54,452 nucleotides of DNA from Phoronis australis. Taxonomy: Eukaryota > Animalia > Phoronida. Both the position numbers and the translations under genes were made by a program. The notes under the pieces are model-generated. The model ran no database searches. It was not told where the DNA came from and saw nothing but the letters and a program-made list of their open reading frames with translations. Shown here in pieces: positions 40,107 through 53,741 of this stretch; positions within the stretch are counted from its first letter, which is position 1, and the number at the start of each line of letters is the position of its first letter. The stretch lies in assembly GCA_002633005.1 (NCBI GenBank), contig NMRA01000895.1, forward strand, positions 53,490-107,941. The letters run 5' to 3'.

Positions 40107-43100
40107 GCGCACGTCCACGAATGGACCAGGCAAAAAGTGATAAAGGCTATGTCACGGATTCCCTCGGATGCCCCCTTCATACCCACATTTATTTTTTTTG
40201 CGTGCGCCACCTTGTGGTTGCTATGGGAACGTGTTTTTTCTGCCAATTCCAAGCCTCGTTACAGCTACATTTTGGCACATTTTGCGAACTTACCTTGAGA
40301 ACAATAGTGCAAAATGAAACACTTCAAGTTTATCACTGAATTGAGGTGTCTTTCAACTTGCCAGTCATAGAAAATATCACGGTTTCAGTTACATTTTAGC
40401 TGTTTTTTAAGGCTACCAGTTTAGCTAGTTTGTGGTGATTCCGAAATGCTGAAAATTGCCCTACTTCCTGCCTCAATATCTCAGCTGAAGCCAAATTTAA
40501 AACAACAAAACTACAACCAGTGTTTAGATTGATCTTAGGTCTATAAAATAAAACCATAAAAGTCTAGGCCATCACCCTTCTTTATACTGCATCGGGCTCT
40601 AGAAGTAGGCTACCTCACCAAAATTGTGCAACTGGCCAATGTCTGCATAGTAACAAATGTATGCAAAGATTCAAAATACAGTTTTGAAATTTAAAATAGG
40701 CCATCGAACACATCAAGAAAGCTTTAATTTTGTTACTTTACAGAAAAGAATGAGAAGCACAACGCACGTTGGTTTCCTTTGACCCTAACGATAAAGGAGC
40801 CAATAGCATGTGCATAATATACTCACCGTTTCAAAATGCATTATGGTTAAGTAAAAAATGTGTAAAGTAAGTTTTCAGTTATACAAAACTGCGAACTCGA
40901 ATTCTGAAATTTTAATGAAGTGGGTCTGATTGAAATTTAGTTTTCTAATTTTCTCGAAGTCGGTTGATCGTGTTCCGACGCATCTCAATTCAACGAATTT
41001 TATAAAAAACAATAATAGGTGTATTGGGCCGGAAGGAGCCACCTGCATCTCCACACAGTGTATATCACCAAACCCGAACAAATCAGACAGCTAAAAAGCT
41101 AGTCATAAAAAAGAGATATATTGAAATGGTATGGGATAGATGCTGTGAAATGAGGTTAGAAAAACTGATCTTATAAGGACAATCGACTACCGGTGAAATT
41201 GGCGTTGCTGTCCCCATACAGCACACGCCCAGATGTGCATATGGATGTCTGAATATTCTCGCATTATGGATACCAATGCTTTTTTAGTTTTTACCGAAAA
41301 TGCATAGATGTATTTTAGGACGGTTCGTAGACATTTTCATAAAAAACACTGGAAACCGAGTATTTCACACCCAAGATAGCAGAAAAATCAGTTCACTTGT
41401 GTTTTGTCTCTATCACAGTTTCGACGGCGGATTCCCAGATACCATTTGTCAGTTCGGGGTGCGAATTGCTGACAAGCATATGCGCGCACCCAGGGGGCTC
41501 CGGGGGAGAATGCACAATGCATTGGCCTTGAACAAACCCCGTTTACCGGATTTACTTAGTAATAAGGTCCACAATCCCAAAACTTCGAGACCCCTGCATC
41601 CCTACATTTTAGGGTGGGAGCGCGGATTGGCGAAATTCTGTGCCCTGCCCCCCCAACTCAAAATCCTGGATCCGCCCGAGTTTAGTATGAGTAAGCAATG
41701 GTATTTGGTGCTAACCATCAGTCAGACTACAAAAAGTCATAAGTCTCGAGAGTAATACATGTAGTGTCAGTTACTTCATTTAAAAATCATCAGACAATGC
41801 ATGTGCAGCAAAACGAAAATGAAATACACAAAGTTAACATTCAGACTGCATATAGGTGAACTTGGGTAATCCTGCAAAGAGAATTTGGAACAAAGTTGGG
41901 CAATATTTAAAAACTGTCCTGATTTAAATTATTGTTTATTATGTTAGACATAGAGATGCAGCAGAGCAGGTTATACTGTACTTATGTAGCAAAACGATAA
42001 GATAGCCAAACATTAAACAAGCACCAAAGTAGTTAAGAGAATAGCAATACAAAATTGAGGTTGATATAAGACTCAGGCAAATTACACGCCATAAAGCAAG
42101 TAACTAGAAAAGAACAAATCTGGTCACATTTACAAAATGCGAGCAAATTATGTGTACAATGAGACACCTTTAGTCAGCACAGATGACAGGTCACGAAATG
42201 GAAATAGCATTTTGTCTGATTACTTTTGACACACTGTATTTCAAATGTCTCTGGGTCTTGTATACATGAAACATGTGCTACTGCGGCAATTCCATTGACT
42301 CAACAATCTTTTGTCACAGTTCAAATCGACGGTCTTCCTCAGCAATTCTTTTCATTCCAAAGGCATCAAACTGAGCGAGTTTCCCAGAACGATTGAGTGC
42401 TGCTAAACGGGAAAATATTTTATCTCCTGAGGTGAGAGACATTCTTCCGAACATCACTATGAACAGGAGCAATACATTCATGGGTTACATATAATGCTTT
42501 TCTGGCTTTTTGTTTGTAATATCGCTAGGACCTTTGGGCAAATTCACCGATGTCAGTTAGAAGCTGTGTCCTAACAGGGTTGTCTCTTCCATCAGATGCA
42601 GCAGTGAGAAACTGATTTGACTTATGAATCTTTGGCAAAGGCGTGGGCATCCAGAATGACGGTTGGTCCCCCTCGTTTCCACTAGAAAAATTTGCCTGTA
42701 AATATTGCAATTATATGCAACTTAATCCGTAACCACAAGAATTATATTTTCTACGAATAGAATGCTGTATTTTGAATCCCCAAGTATTTTCCCCAGTCTT
42801 ATTCTTGAGGTTGAATGCTTCAGGTATTAGGGACCCTAACGGTGTTAAAACTTTAGCCATGTTAATTTACTTAGGCTCCATTGTAATGGGGTTCCACTGC
42901 ATATTTGGAAAATTATGTATCTCTGGTTATACAGATAGAGCAATGTGAGCAGGTGCACAGTTGAATTAGATGAGGAATTGGTGTCAGCTAGGAGACAAGG
43001 GCTCGAATAAATATTTTGATAATGGACACCAAATTTCCACTTCTTACACGTGAATATTTTCCTAATGCAAGTCAGTACTGGAAGAAGTTACTAAAATTAC

Positions 43101-44464
43101 TCTAGTACTCGAGTGTCGCTTTACTTCATGACTTCATGTAGGGTTGTGCCTTTCCTGGCGACTGCAGTCGGAATCTAGTTGAGAAAGCAAATATAATAAA
43201 GTCGTTATCAACAGGTATAGAATATTGATGACCTGCAGCTGCATAACAATTTACCTGACCCAACTGGAATCGATACATTCTGTTCTTCCAGAAATTTTTT
43301 GTTGACTGTATTTCCACTTACATTCCTAACTCAAGCTAGGCCTTGGGCTTAGAGCCTTTCTGATGATGAAGGCGGGCACTTACCTTACTTTTACTTGGCC
43401 TCCATCTGATTCCATGCTGAGATCGACGATTTCCACAAACTGAGGGGCAGGGGGCAAACTGTTGTAAACAAGCCCACTCTGACCCTGGCAAGATTTCGCT
43501 GCCACTTTCAGTTGCAGCACTGTCATTGAACGGGACTGGGTCGGTGATTTTAACATATTTCAAATGGCTTGCTATGGACTTGCTGCAATCAGTTAGTGCT
43601 TCAATTGCTTGCTGCATGGTTTCGATATTCCTTTGAAGCTCCATAAAATAGATTTGAAGGATTATGCCAACGAACACACTAAATCAACTACTTCATCCAC
43701 CTCATCAGCCATTTTTTCCTCAGTGATATCAGAGACACCTGAGGGGCTCTTCATCAAAATGGTAATTCACAGTAAAAAAAACAAAAAACACTAATTTTAT
43801 TGAATTTTATTTTCTTAGAAATAAGCCCAATAATTTAACAACCATTTGAGCACTTTTAAATCGCAAAACTCAACATTTTCGATGACTAGTAGCTATTGTC
43901 ACAAGTGCTCACTTTGGCTGAGGTGGCCGCAAACTACATGTATATGAAGACATGTGTTTGCCGGTGGTTTTGATGCCAAATATCTATTCTTCTAAGATAG
44001 ATCAAACCCACAATTAAGTTTCAAAGTGTGAAATTTGGCTTCAGCTGAGATTGACTCATTCAAACCTGGGCAAGTTATCCATGTTTTCTGCTTGTATGAC
44101 CCCATGACCCTTCAAACCCGAAATGTGGAATTTAAGGTGCAACTTGACACTTTTATTTTTCATTTTTACGAAGACAATGGATGACTTGATACAAAACAGT
44201 AGCTATTTATTTTCTAGTAGCTTCTGTAATTACTTGCAATGTCACAAAAACTGTGATTATTGGGGTAAGTTCTGATAGTGGTTTTCAGTGAAAACTGAGG
44301 TACCCGAATTTTAACCTACCTAACGCGATAGAATTTGTTTAAAGTGCATTTTAGTGATTACCATAAGGAAGTAAACAAAAATGCATAATATGATCCAAAT
44401 CCGTCACATAGGGTTTATCACCACTGTACGGATATTTGCCTGGTCTGAAGTGTACTGCACTCTT
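40107..44464 (-). mobile_element. Degenerate TTAA-flanked DNA transposon with long diverged TIRs
   Basis: TTAA at 40103-40106 and 44465-44468. Inverted blocks GACCAGGCAAA, GTGATAAA..CTATGT.ACGGATT and ATCTCAGCTGAAGCCAAATTT (~40478 vs ~44030). Internal minus-strand relics at 43126-43677 (LPGSEWACLQQFAP, PVDNDF) resemble a transposase. Confidence 0.6.
41478..41680. mobile_element. MITE-like insert
   Basis: ATGCGCGCACCCAGGGGG start and CCCCCC...CCTGGATCCGCCC end, the same terminal style as the elements at 640 and 13181. Confidence 0.45.
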
Positions 44465-44469
44465 TTAAG

Positions 44470-44501
44470 AGATTCAGAGCTTTTAAAAAAGCTCTGAATC
44501 T
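44470..44501. repeat. Perfect palindrome
   Basis: AGATTCAGAGCTTTT-aa-AAAAGCTCTGAATCT, 15-bp arms. Confidence 0.85.
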
Positions 44502-46240
44502 TTCTGTTTCGCGATTTTCACATTTCTAGTAATTTCTATTTGAAACTTGATTTCAGAATTGAATTCATCAACGTCTAAAACTTTGTAACAGATAAGTCAA
44601 TTTGCGCTCAAGTATTCTTTTTAGTTTACGCCCGTTCATGTCGTCTGACTAACTGAAATCCACCAGATGCCGCAAAATCAAAAAACGCCGCCCGTTGATT
44701 TGATGGCTTCCGCGACAAAGGAAATTGAGTTATTCCAACTTTTCCCCACAGGGCACCGATAGCTGATTTTTAACGTCAAATGAAAGTTTGAACACTCCGA
44801 TTTGCTTGCATGTTAGGTGTTTTGGATACCAATCTTTTGAGTGTCCAATCAAACATTATTTGGACGCATTATAATTGTGATTACCATTTCCAATAGTTGG
44901 TATTTTATTTCACTTGCACGGCAGGCTGTCGAACAACGCAGCACTTGTGACTTAACTATAATAGCAATAATTGCTGACGAAATTGCAAAATCAGCTGAAA
45001 TCTAGTTCCAGTCAATTTCGTTTTTGACTCTTTGAATTGGCCCAATAGAGTTAGTACACGTAAATAAAGAAATGCTGGTAATAAAGCTAGGCTTTTTACA
45101 TTTGCCAGTTGGCGATCATTCTGCAACTTAAATCACTTCAAGGCGTTGGAACCTGCTCTACGCGTTTGGACTGGTCATGAGGAGTTCGGCGTCGTCAGGA
45201 GAAAAATCGGCAAAAATTCACCGACAAGGCGTACTTAATGAGATCGTATACTTCGTTACACATGACTTTTTGAAACGAAACTGTTGGCATACATTCAGTG
45301 GAAGGGTAGTGATTGAATGTGACCTTAATTAAATTAATAGGGTCCCCAAACTGACAATGGTCTATAGGTTTCACTGATTGTTTAGTACACAACGATGAAC
45401 TTGGAGCGTCGATTTTTTTACAGTTTTTCTTGTTTATCTAAATTTTTGCGCATGAGTACCACCATGTAACCATAGAAAACGCGTATGATCAGTACCGTTC
45501 ATACATGTACATGTATATGTAACGTGTAGTTCAAGTTATGTTGCATTTTATGACATCGGCTCTCAAAATACCTGTACGGACTCGTCATACTCAGTTTTGC
45601 GTGACTGTCCAAAATCCTCTTCAGCAACTGTACGGTTTAGCATTAAGCCGGCGGTGTTTTCAACTTGTTTTCATCTAATTAGGCATCAATACATGTACAT
45701 GCAAAAATTAACCCATTCCTATGCATATAAATCAGTATCTTGATGAATAATGTCAAATGAATTTGAAATCGGATTCCCACCAAAAACTTGTTGTCCGACA
45801 TACTGCACGGACTATACATGTATCTCCCAGAAATAACTGAGATTTGTTGGTTTCTGCGACCTAAACTGCCCAGCACGAAACTTCAAAATTAACCGAAGGT
45901 TGCAACAATTTCAAACTGGAGGAAATATCTAAAATTCACATACAACAGGCCGCAAGGTTTGGCTCGAGAATGACCAACACATTGACTTCCGTCAAAACTT
46001 CATCATGTCGTTCGAGCACCTCGTTGTTAGGGTGTTGTCGTGGGTAACGATTCTGTCACATCTAAAAACAGTAAGAACGCTAAATCGTCTAAGGGGAACG
46101 TTCCAACAGCTGTTATCCTATTAAACTTGACGCAGGTGGGTGACAGCCCTACTGTTTTCAAACACCTATCGCGCGTGGTGTGCCATCACATATTTCGTGT
46201 ATTGCACTGCATTCTCGTGCTAAATCTACACGTTGTATTA

Positions 46241-48760
46241 TAGATTGTGCACCAGACAAGTGTGGTGGGTGTGTATAGATTGTGCACCAGATGAGTGTGG
46301 TAGGTGTGTATAGATTGTGAACCAGATGAGTGTGGTGAGTGTGTATAGATTGTGCACCAGATGAGTGTGATGGGTGTGTACAGATTGTGCACCAGATGAG
46401 TGTGGTGGGTCTGTATAGATTGTGCACCAGATGAGTGTGGTGAGAGTGTAGAGATTGTGCACCAGATGAGTGTGATGGGTGTGTATAGATTGTGCACCAG
46501 ATGAGTGTGATGGGTGTGTATAGATTGTGCACCAGATGAGTGTGGTGAGTGTGTATAGATTGTGCACCAGATGAGTGTGATGAGTGTGTATAGATTGTGC
46601 ACCAGATGAGTGTGATGGGTGTGTATAGATTGTGCACCAGATGAGTGTGATGGGTGTGTATAGATTGTGCACCAGATGAGTGTGATGGGTGTGTATAGAT
46701 TGTGCACCAGATGAGTGTGGTGGGTGTGTATAGATTGTGCACCAGGTGAGTGTGATGAGTGTGTATAGATTGTGCACCAGATGAGTGTGGTGAGTGTGTA
46801 TAGATTGTGCACCAGATGAGTGTGATGGGTGTGTATAGATTGCGCACCAGATGAGTGCGGTGGGTGTGGATATGTAACGGTGGCTTGAAGTGGGATTTTG
46901 GACGTCATTCATGCCACGCCACCTGGAAATTTATACAGTTTTGCTCCGTGCCTATGTTGTTGTTCTTGATGTTGTGAGTGTCATGTGCCCATGTTCATTG
47001 TAACATGGAGAATAAACCTTTAACAGTTGTGATAAACTTGTGAAAGTCCATGTCTCGGTTTTGAGAACAAGTCAAGCATCTTGCAATGCGTGGCAACCAT
47101 TTCAAAATGTATTGTGCATCAAATGAGTTTGGTAGGTGTGGATAGATTATAAACCATATGAGTTTGGTAGGTGTGGATAGATTATAAACCAGATGAGTTT
47201 GGTAGGTGTGGATAGATTATAAACCAGATGAGTTTGGTAGGTGTGGATAGATTATAAACCAGATGAGNGTGCACCAGATGAGTGTGATGGGTGTGTATAG
47301 ATTGTGCACCAGATGAGTGTGATGGGTGTGTATAGATTGTGCACCAGATGAGTGTGGTGAGTGTGGATATGTAACAGTGGGATATCTATTGACTCGTTTG
47401 ATTAATGCACTGCACTGCCTGGTATCCTATAGTCTCAATGAGCGTTAACACTGAATAGTAATTTGCATGCCATTAACTTTTGAATGACTGTGTCTACCTG
47501 TGTGTAATTGCTTTGAGCTTGAAGCAGGATTTTGGACGTCATTCATGCGACGCCACCTGGAAATTTTTACAGTTCTGCTCCGTGCCTATGTTGTTGTTCT
47601 TGATGTTGTGTGCCCATGTTCATTGTAGCATGGAGATTAAACCTTTAACAGTTGTGATAAACTTGTGAAACTCCATGTCTCTGTTTTAAGAACAAGTCAA
47701 GCATCTTGCAACGCGTGGCAACCATTTCAAAATGTATTGTGCATCAAATGAGTTTGCTGGGTGTAGATACATTATAAACCAGATGAGTTTGGTAGGTTTG
47801 GATTGATTATAAACCATCTGTGTTTGGTAGGTTTGGATAGATTATAAACGATATGAGTTTGGTAGGTTTGGATAGATTATAAACCATACGAGTTTGGTAG
47901 GTTTGGATAGATTATAAACCATACGAGTTTGGTAGGTTTGNGTGATGAGTGTGTATAGATTGTGCACCAGATGAGTGTTGTGCGTGTGTCTATGTATGTA
48001 TTGTGCACCAGATGATTGTGGTGGTTTGCGTAGTTTGTGCACCAGATGACTGTAGTCGGTGTGTATAGATTGTGCACCAGGTGAGTTTGGTGGTTGTGGA
48101 TATGTAACGGTGGGATATCTATTGACTCGTTTGCTTAATGCACTGCACTGCCTGGTACATGTACATGTATAGTCTCAATGAGCGTTAACTCTCTGAATGG
48201 TAATTTGCATGCCTTTAACCTTTGAATGACTGTGTCTACCTGTGTTTATTTGCTTTGAGCTTGAAGCGGGATTGTGGACGTCATTTATGCCACGCCACCT
48301 GGAAATTTTTACTGTTCTGCTCCGTGCCTTTGTTGTTGTTCTTGATGTTTTGAGTGTCATATGCCCATGTTCATTTTAACATGGAGAATATACCTTTAGC
48401 AGTTGTGATAAACTTGTGAAATTCCCTGTCTCTGCTTTGAGAACAAGTCAAGCATCTCGCAACGCGTTGCAACCATTTCAAAATATATTGTGCATCAAAT
48501 GAGTTTGCTGGGTGTGGATAGATTGTCAACCATATGAGTTTGGTAGGTGTGGATTCATTATAAACCAGATGAGTTTGATGGGTGTGGATAGATATTATAA
48601 ACCATATGAATTTGGTAGGTTTTGATAGATAATAAACCATATGAGTTGGCTGGGTGTCAATAGATTATAAACCATATGAGTTTGGTAGGTTTGGATAGAT
48701 TATAAACCACATGAGTTTGCTGGGTGTGGATAGATTATAAACCATATGAATTTGGTAGGT
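46241..48760. repeat. Composite satellite: two related 35-bp minisatellites plus a conserved spacer, repeated three times
   Basis: Type A TAGATTGTGCACCAGATGAGTGTGRTGRGTGTGTA (18 copies at 46241-46870) and type B TAGATTATAAACCAKATGAGTTTGGTAGGTKTGGA. Order is A-spacer-B x3, with N at 47268 and 47941. Confidence 0.95.
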
Positions 48761-48867
48761 TACTGAATCAGCACATTTTTACAAGTTGCGAATGATTCAG
48801 TATACTGTGGTCACTGGATGTTCCAGTTACAGTGTGCTTTATACGCTGTTGTTGGTGGCATTTGCAG

Positions 48868-49007
48868 GTGGAAAGCGCCCTCTATTGGATGGTCATGGCT
48901 ATCTTAGTGCTGCCACGTGACAAATGGAACGAGCAGAGTGCAGACTTTCTCAAACGCCTGTTGATTACAGCCCACGTCCAGCAAGTGTCTCCACCAGGCA
49001 CTGCTAG
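48868..49007 (+). CDS. UBR4: UBR4 C-terminal region exon
   Basis: tttgcag|...AG|gtaaaa. VESALYWMVMAILVLPRDKWNEQSADFLKRLLITAHVQQVSPPGTA matches UBR4 VDGPYYFTVLALHILPPEQWRATRVEILRRLLVTSQARAVAPGGAT (human sequence from memory). Confidence 0.85.
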
Positions 49008-49301
49008 GTAAAATTTGCTATACTTGGTTTTCGGCCTCTATACTGAAAATGTTGAACTGACGTATCATGCTTAAAAGAAATTGCCATATTTTACTGAGGG
49101 GAAATGTGCCTCAAGAATTTGATGGACCCAACTTTCATTTGATTGAAGTGTACACTTTTCTCTGATGAATTCAGTCATTAGCAATGAGTCAAGCTGTGCA
49201 AAACCATTTTTATTTTGAAAAAATGCATTTTTAGAAAAACTGCATCATACGCGCAGTAAGTGTAGGTGATCCTAGTAGTTACACGTGTGTTCTCATTCCA
49301 G

Positions 49302-49395
49302 TCTCACCAACAGAGAGGTTCAAGAGTACACCGTCTACAAGACCTACCTTGTCTTTTTCGCTCTCGTTGACGGTGTGATAAATGTCATGTTCAAG
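49302..49395 (+). CDS. UBR4: UBR4 C-terminal region exon
   Basis: ctcattccag|...AAG|gtaaaa, phase 2-0. LTNREVQEYTVYKTYLVFFALVDGVINVMFK versus UBR4 LTDKAVKDYSAYRSSLLFWALVDLIYNMFK. Confidence 0.85.
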
Positions 49396-49766
49396 GTAAA
49401 ATCATTGTCTACTGCCCTGGCGAAGATTGAACCCAGTAGAACACTTTTGGGTTGATTTTAGTTTATGAAATTGAAGCCACAAAATTTGTTGCTTATTGGG
49501 AATGTTGCGATTTCGATGTTTGAATTGCATTAATAACAGTGCATGTTATTTTATTACTCAGGTATTACTTATACTAACAGTAATGTGTAATTCTATTACA
49601 TATGATTACTATGCCTTCTGGTGTGTAATGATTGAAGGGCAGTTAACGCCACTATGCTATTGCCCGCAGTTAGTATTTAACGCTAAAGTTTACCTTAAAA
49701 TCATTTCTTCCAAAATTTAACCAATTTTTCGAATTTGTAACAGGCAGCTATGGCGTCACTTTTCAG

Positions 49767-49926
49767 AAAACCGCCGTGGGCTCGGACGGCACATGGTCCA
49801 GTGGGCTGGCAGATCAGATCTGCGCGGACGAGCGAGGAATGATAGATCTTGGCGACCGGCTGCTGACGTTGTATGAACAGGAAGTGCTGCCTTGTGAGAC
49901 ATTTGCGGAATTCTGCGACGTGGTTG
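49767..49926 (+). CDS. UBR4: UBR4 near-terminal exon
   Basis: cacttttcag|...G|gtgagt, phase 0-1. KTAVGSDGTWSSGLADQI...YEQEVLPCETFAEFCDVV versus UBR4 ...GGWSCSLAEYI...FQEEFMPVETFSEFLDVAG. Confidence 0.85.
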
Positions 49927-52900
49927 GTGAGTGTGCAAGTATAGGCACCCTCTGGTAGCTGAGAGACTTGTTTAGCAAAGACTTGGCGTGTGGTTCTGGA
50001 TTATTTCCAAATGACAAAAATCATATTCAAATACTTATCATTTAATTTTTAGCTATGACTTTTTTGAAAAATTGTTAACTTTTTGCATTATTAAAACACA
50101 TTCAGTCGATGGTTGTGCATGGTTTCGCCTCAAATGTATTTTGCCTTCTAAACACATTTAGGCAGTGTTAAGATGTAAATTGCTATTCTGGAAGTTTTGC
50201 AAGAAACAAACCTTTAACTTTTTCTAGACATTCCATTAGTTAGGTTGCCAAAACGAAGTTCATTTCAGGTAGGGTCTAATGTGTACGAGTCAAATCCATT
50301 GAGGTTATAAGGTCTGCTCTGCAATAGGTTGCACTGTGAGTGAGATCACAGGGTCAGTTCTGCTATAGTTGAAGCTAGTTACATGCCAGTGATATCTCAT
50401 GGTCTATTAGTAGATGACGCTTTTGAGGTCACATGATCTGGATACATACAGATGGCGCTAGTAACATCCCATGGTTTAGCAGTAGATGTTTGTGAGATCT
50501 CATGATGTCGCTAGCCCAGGTGGTATGACTGATAACCCATGGTTTCGCAGATGGCACTTGCGAGATCCCGTGTTCTGACTAGCATGGCGTCAGTTACTTC
50601 TGTAACGTGAGCGATATCTCCTACCAAGGCGCCCCGATTTCGACGAGCCCGGTGCGGACTGAGGGTGATATTGAAAACTAAATGTTGGTGAATAATACAT
50701 AGTAAGAATATATAACTGCAATATTTCACATTTACAAGCAATCCAGTTGTTCCATGATTTAGTATCGCAGCGTTGTGATTTATACAGTTCTGACACACGG
50801 GCAAGCCAGTCGCTGATTAATAGTTGTGTGTGCAAGAACGGGGCAATTTAGTTATTCAGATCCGAAAGGTGAGATGCAATCAGGCTCGGGAGGAGCCCGA
50901 AATCTGCACAAACAGTTGCAGTTTGGTGTGAGCGAAGGTGTACAGTACACATCACGAATTTTTGGCCGACCGGTCGGAAATTGGTCGACGCCCGGCCCGC
51001 AGTGCCGACTCATAAGGCGACTCCCCAGCCGACCCTTCAGCCGACCCTTCAGCCGACCGGCCATCAGCCGACCAACTGGTCGGCTGCTATTTTTAGGCTA
51101 CAGTAGCAGTTGCGTAATAGGTTGTCAGGCTGATACCACTTTGCGTGTCGATGCATATTCGTCTTAGCACAGGGTCAAATAAATTACCCTAGTTCCACTG
51201 TCTCCGTTGCATGAGTTTACATCGGTTGTGTAACACCAATAATTCGAAGGTTGAAGGCCAGCGGTAATATTAGTGAATTATGGACAGTGTTACAAGTTTT
51301 GGTTAAAAGACGTGAATGTTTTCTTTACATTTGACCATTAATTTCAATCGTGACGTTAACAAGCTGCATTAGATTGGCTGCTTCCTGGTCAATACAACTC
51401 TGTAGTCATTTTGTAAACGCAGCTATTTTTGACACTCTTCGCCCACAATTGTTTTTTGTTTGTGATACGCAGCACTGCATCTTTTTGCGTTTTTAAAATT
51501 CTCCACGGTACTCCTATCACGTGCCCATGATGATGGGACAGTGATTGAGTTGTTACACCGCGAAGAGCTCTCACTCCGGGGTTTTTATTTTCATATGATT
51601 AACCCTTGCCGTACAGAAGCAAACTTCACGGTCCAGAAAGCCCTAAGCCCACGGACTTCGATGACTATAACTTCATCACAGGGTTACGATTTCCACGAAC
51701 TTGGACAGTGACATCAAACACGGAATAGCCACTGTTGAGGCTACAACCAATTCTAGCTTTGCGCATTCCGTTTTTAGGGCATCGGTGACGTTAAAATCAG
51801 CGCTAGTTACATGTATCAGTTCTTCGTTCACGTTGTTCCAAAAATAAATATTTTCTGTCAACAACATATTGACAAAGTATGTATAATAAAACAATTCTGA
51901 ACGGGAAGATGTGAATACGTGGTGAAAAGGTATTTGTCTCAACAAGGCACATGTGCGTAAATTTTTTTAAAGCGATTGCGATGTCGAAAAAATGATAGAA
52001 AATATACCAAGGTGCAGAATAACTCTTCTGTGCTCGGCTGTAAGAAGACCTACAACAACTTTTTGAAACTGCGCTCAATTAAAAAAATTCCAGTATGAGA
52101 GCGCTTCATAAGAAATGCCAAGCACATACCGCGTTAAAAGACAGCGACGTTGGCGTTTCCGAATGTCCACAAAAGTGCTTTGAGCAGTTCATTTCGCTTT
52201 TCTACACTGACGAATACGCCCAACACGGTGTTTGAAAAAAGTCCACTTTTGAGGGCGTTTTCAAAAATTAATATGTTTAGTTGATTCATTCAGTTCAGAG
52301 TGTCGGTGCCCATTTCTTACATCAAATGTACGCGTGGGCAGAAAACGCATCTGCGTAAAGAAAGAGGTGCGTTTTCAAAACTTTCAGAGCCGTGTGTTGT
52401 CAGGACCCTACACTAATAAACATTAGGCCAAGTACAACGCACGTCTTCAAAATTTAGATAAACAAAGTTTACGGCAAACTGATTACAGGGTCACTGACTC
52501 GGAGCACGTTCTTAGGCATACGTACATGTATATTGTAATATCGGTTGAATTATACGTTATAACTGCGAATAGCACGTACGCGAACAATAAGCCATTCACA
52601 TTTATATCTGATCACAACTCTCCCCTGCTTTGAAAACAAACAATCGTGTAGATAATATTCGGAAATAACCTGAACTAAAATTATAGGACAAACACTACAT
52701 ACCATACTCCAGAAAAAATCAATAACACCCATTTTCTATTTAGAAATTCAATTCTCTGTAAAATCAAAAACAACTGCAACCAGGATTTATCGCGTCAGGA
52801 TATATAATTTATCACGCCACGACAGCATTGTTTTCATGCTCGGAGACCACGTGACCATCCATTATGCAATTATGACAATCCAAGGTGTACCTATACATTG

Positions 52901-53741
52901 GCATCTGTATTGTAAAACGTGGAGGAGATGAAAGAAATTCAACTGCATTTCTAAGATAATACATGTATGTTTGTCGTTGGCGAGACGTTGAACGCTTAGC
53001 CCTTGCTTATACATGTAGTACGGACGTTATCTCTTTGAAGGATCAATGCTTGAGCATGGTGACGTGGTGTCTTGGCGTGGAAAGTTACTGACAAGGTAGA
53101 TTTTATTTTTATTAAATTTTATTAAATTTTCAGTCTTGTTTAATTTTGATCCTGAAGTGAAGAATTTTTGGTCCTCACGTAATAATTTATAGGTGCTGAT
53201 GTGATAAATTTTCAGACTTGACGTGGTGAATTTGGTCTTGATTTGTTTTTTGGTCTTCTGTGTGAAAACAATCTCAATGTTTTGATTCTTGCTTAAATAA
53301 AAGTTCTGGTTTTGGGATATTTATTTTTGGGCCTGGAGATGTATAATGTTTTGCGTAGAAAATATATGTCGTTAAATGTTTCCACTTTGGCCTTCCATAA
53401 ATGTGGGAGAGCAGGTTTTGTAGCATATTGCTATGAAACGTCTTATATAAATCTAGGTGTTTGTGATTTAGTAATACGATGAAAGATGAGTAGTTATGAC
53501 TATGAAAAATGAGTAGTTATGGCTTCTTTTGAAATAGCGTATCGTTTGTAGATGCCTGGTGTAGGTGGCTCAGTGTGATGTTATGTAAGCCATGTTATCC
53601 CCTAACGCTCAACAACTATCTAATGTCGTTCTGGCATGTAATAGAGGTACTCCCATGATCATCAAGCATTTGTCTGTTTGTAAAAAGCCGTGGAGAGTCA
53701 GAAAAGGTAGATCGATTCATTGCAATGTTTCTCGTTTAGTA

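Noticed and set aside
41300-41755. 151-aa ORF
   Set aside because: It runs through a GC-rich MITE and shows no protein features.
46158-46912. Three long His/Thr-rich ORFs (224-240 aa)
   Set aside because: All three minus frames are open only because the 35-bp repeat lacks stops on that strand; the peptides are frame rotations of each other.
46241-48760. CRISPR array
   Set aside because: The 35-bp units are contiguous with no unique spacers, there are no cas genes, and the context is eukaryotic.
50551-50681. Final UBR4 exon, or stop-codon readthrough (DGTCEIPCSD*HGVSYF...)
   Set aside because: Poor match to the UBR4 terminus, and the acceptor lies within a degenerate tandem repeat.
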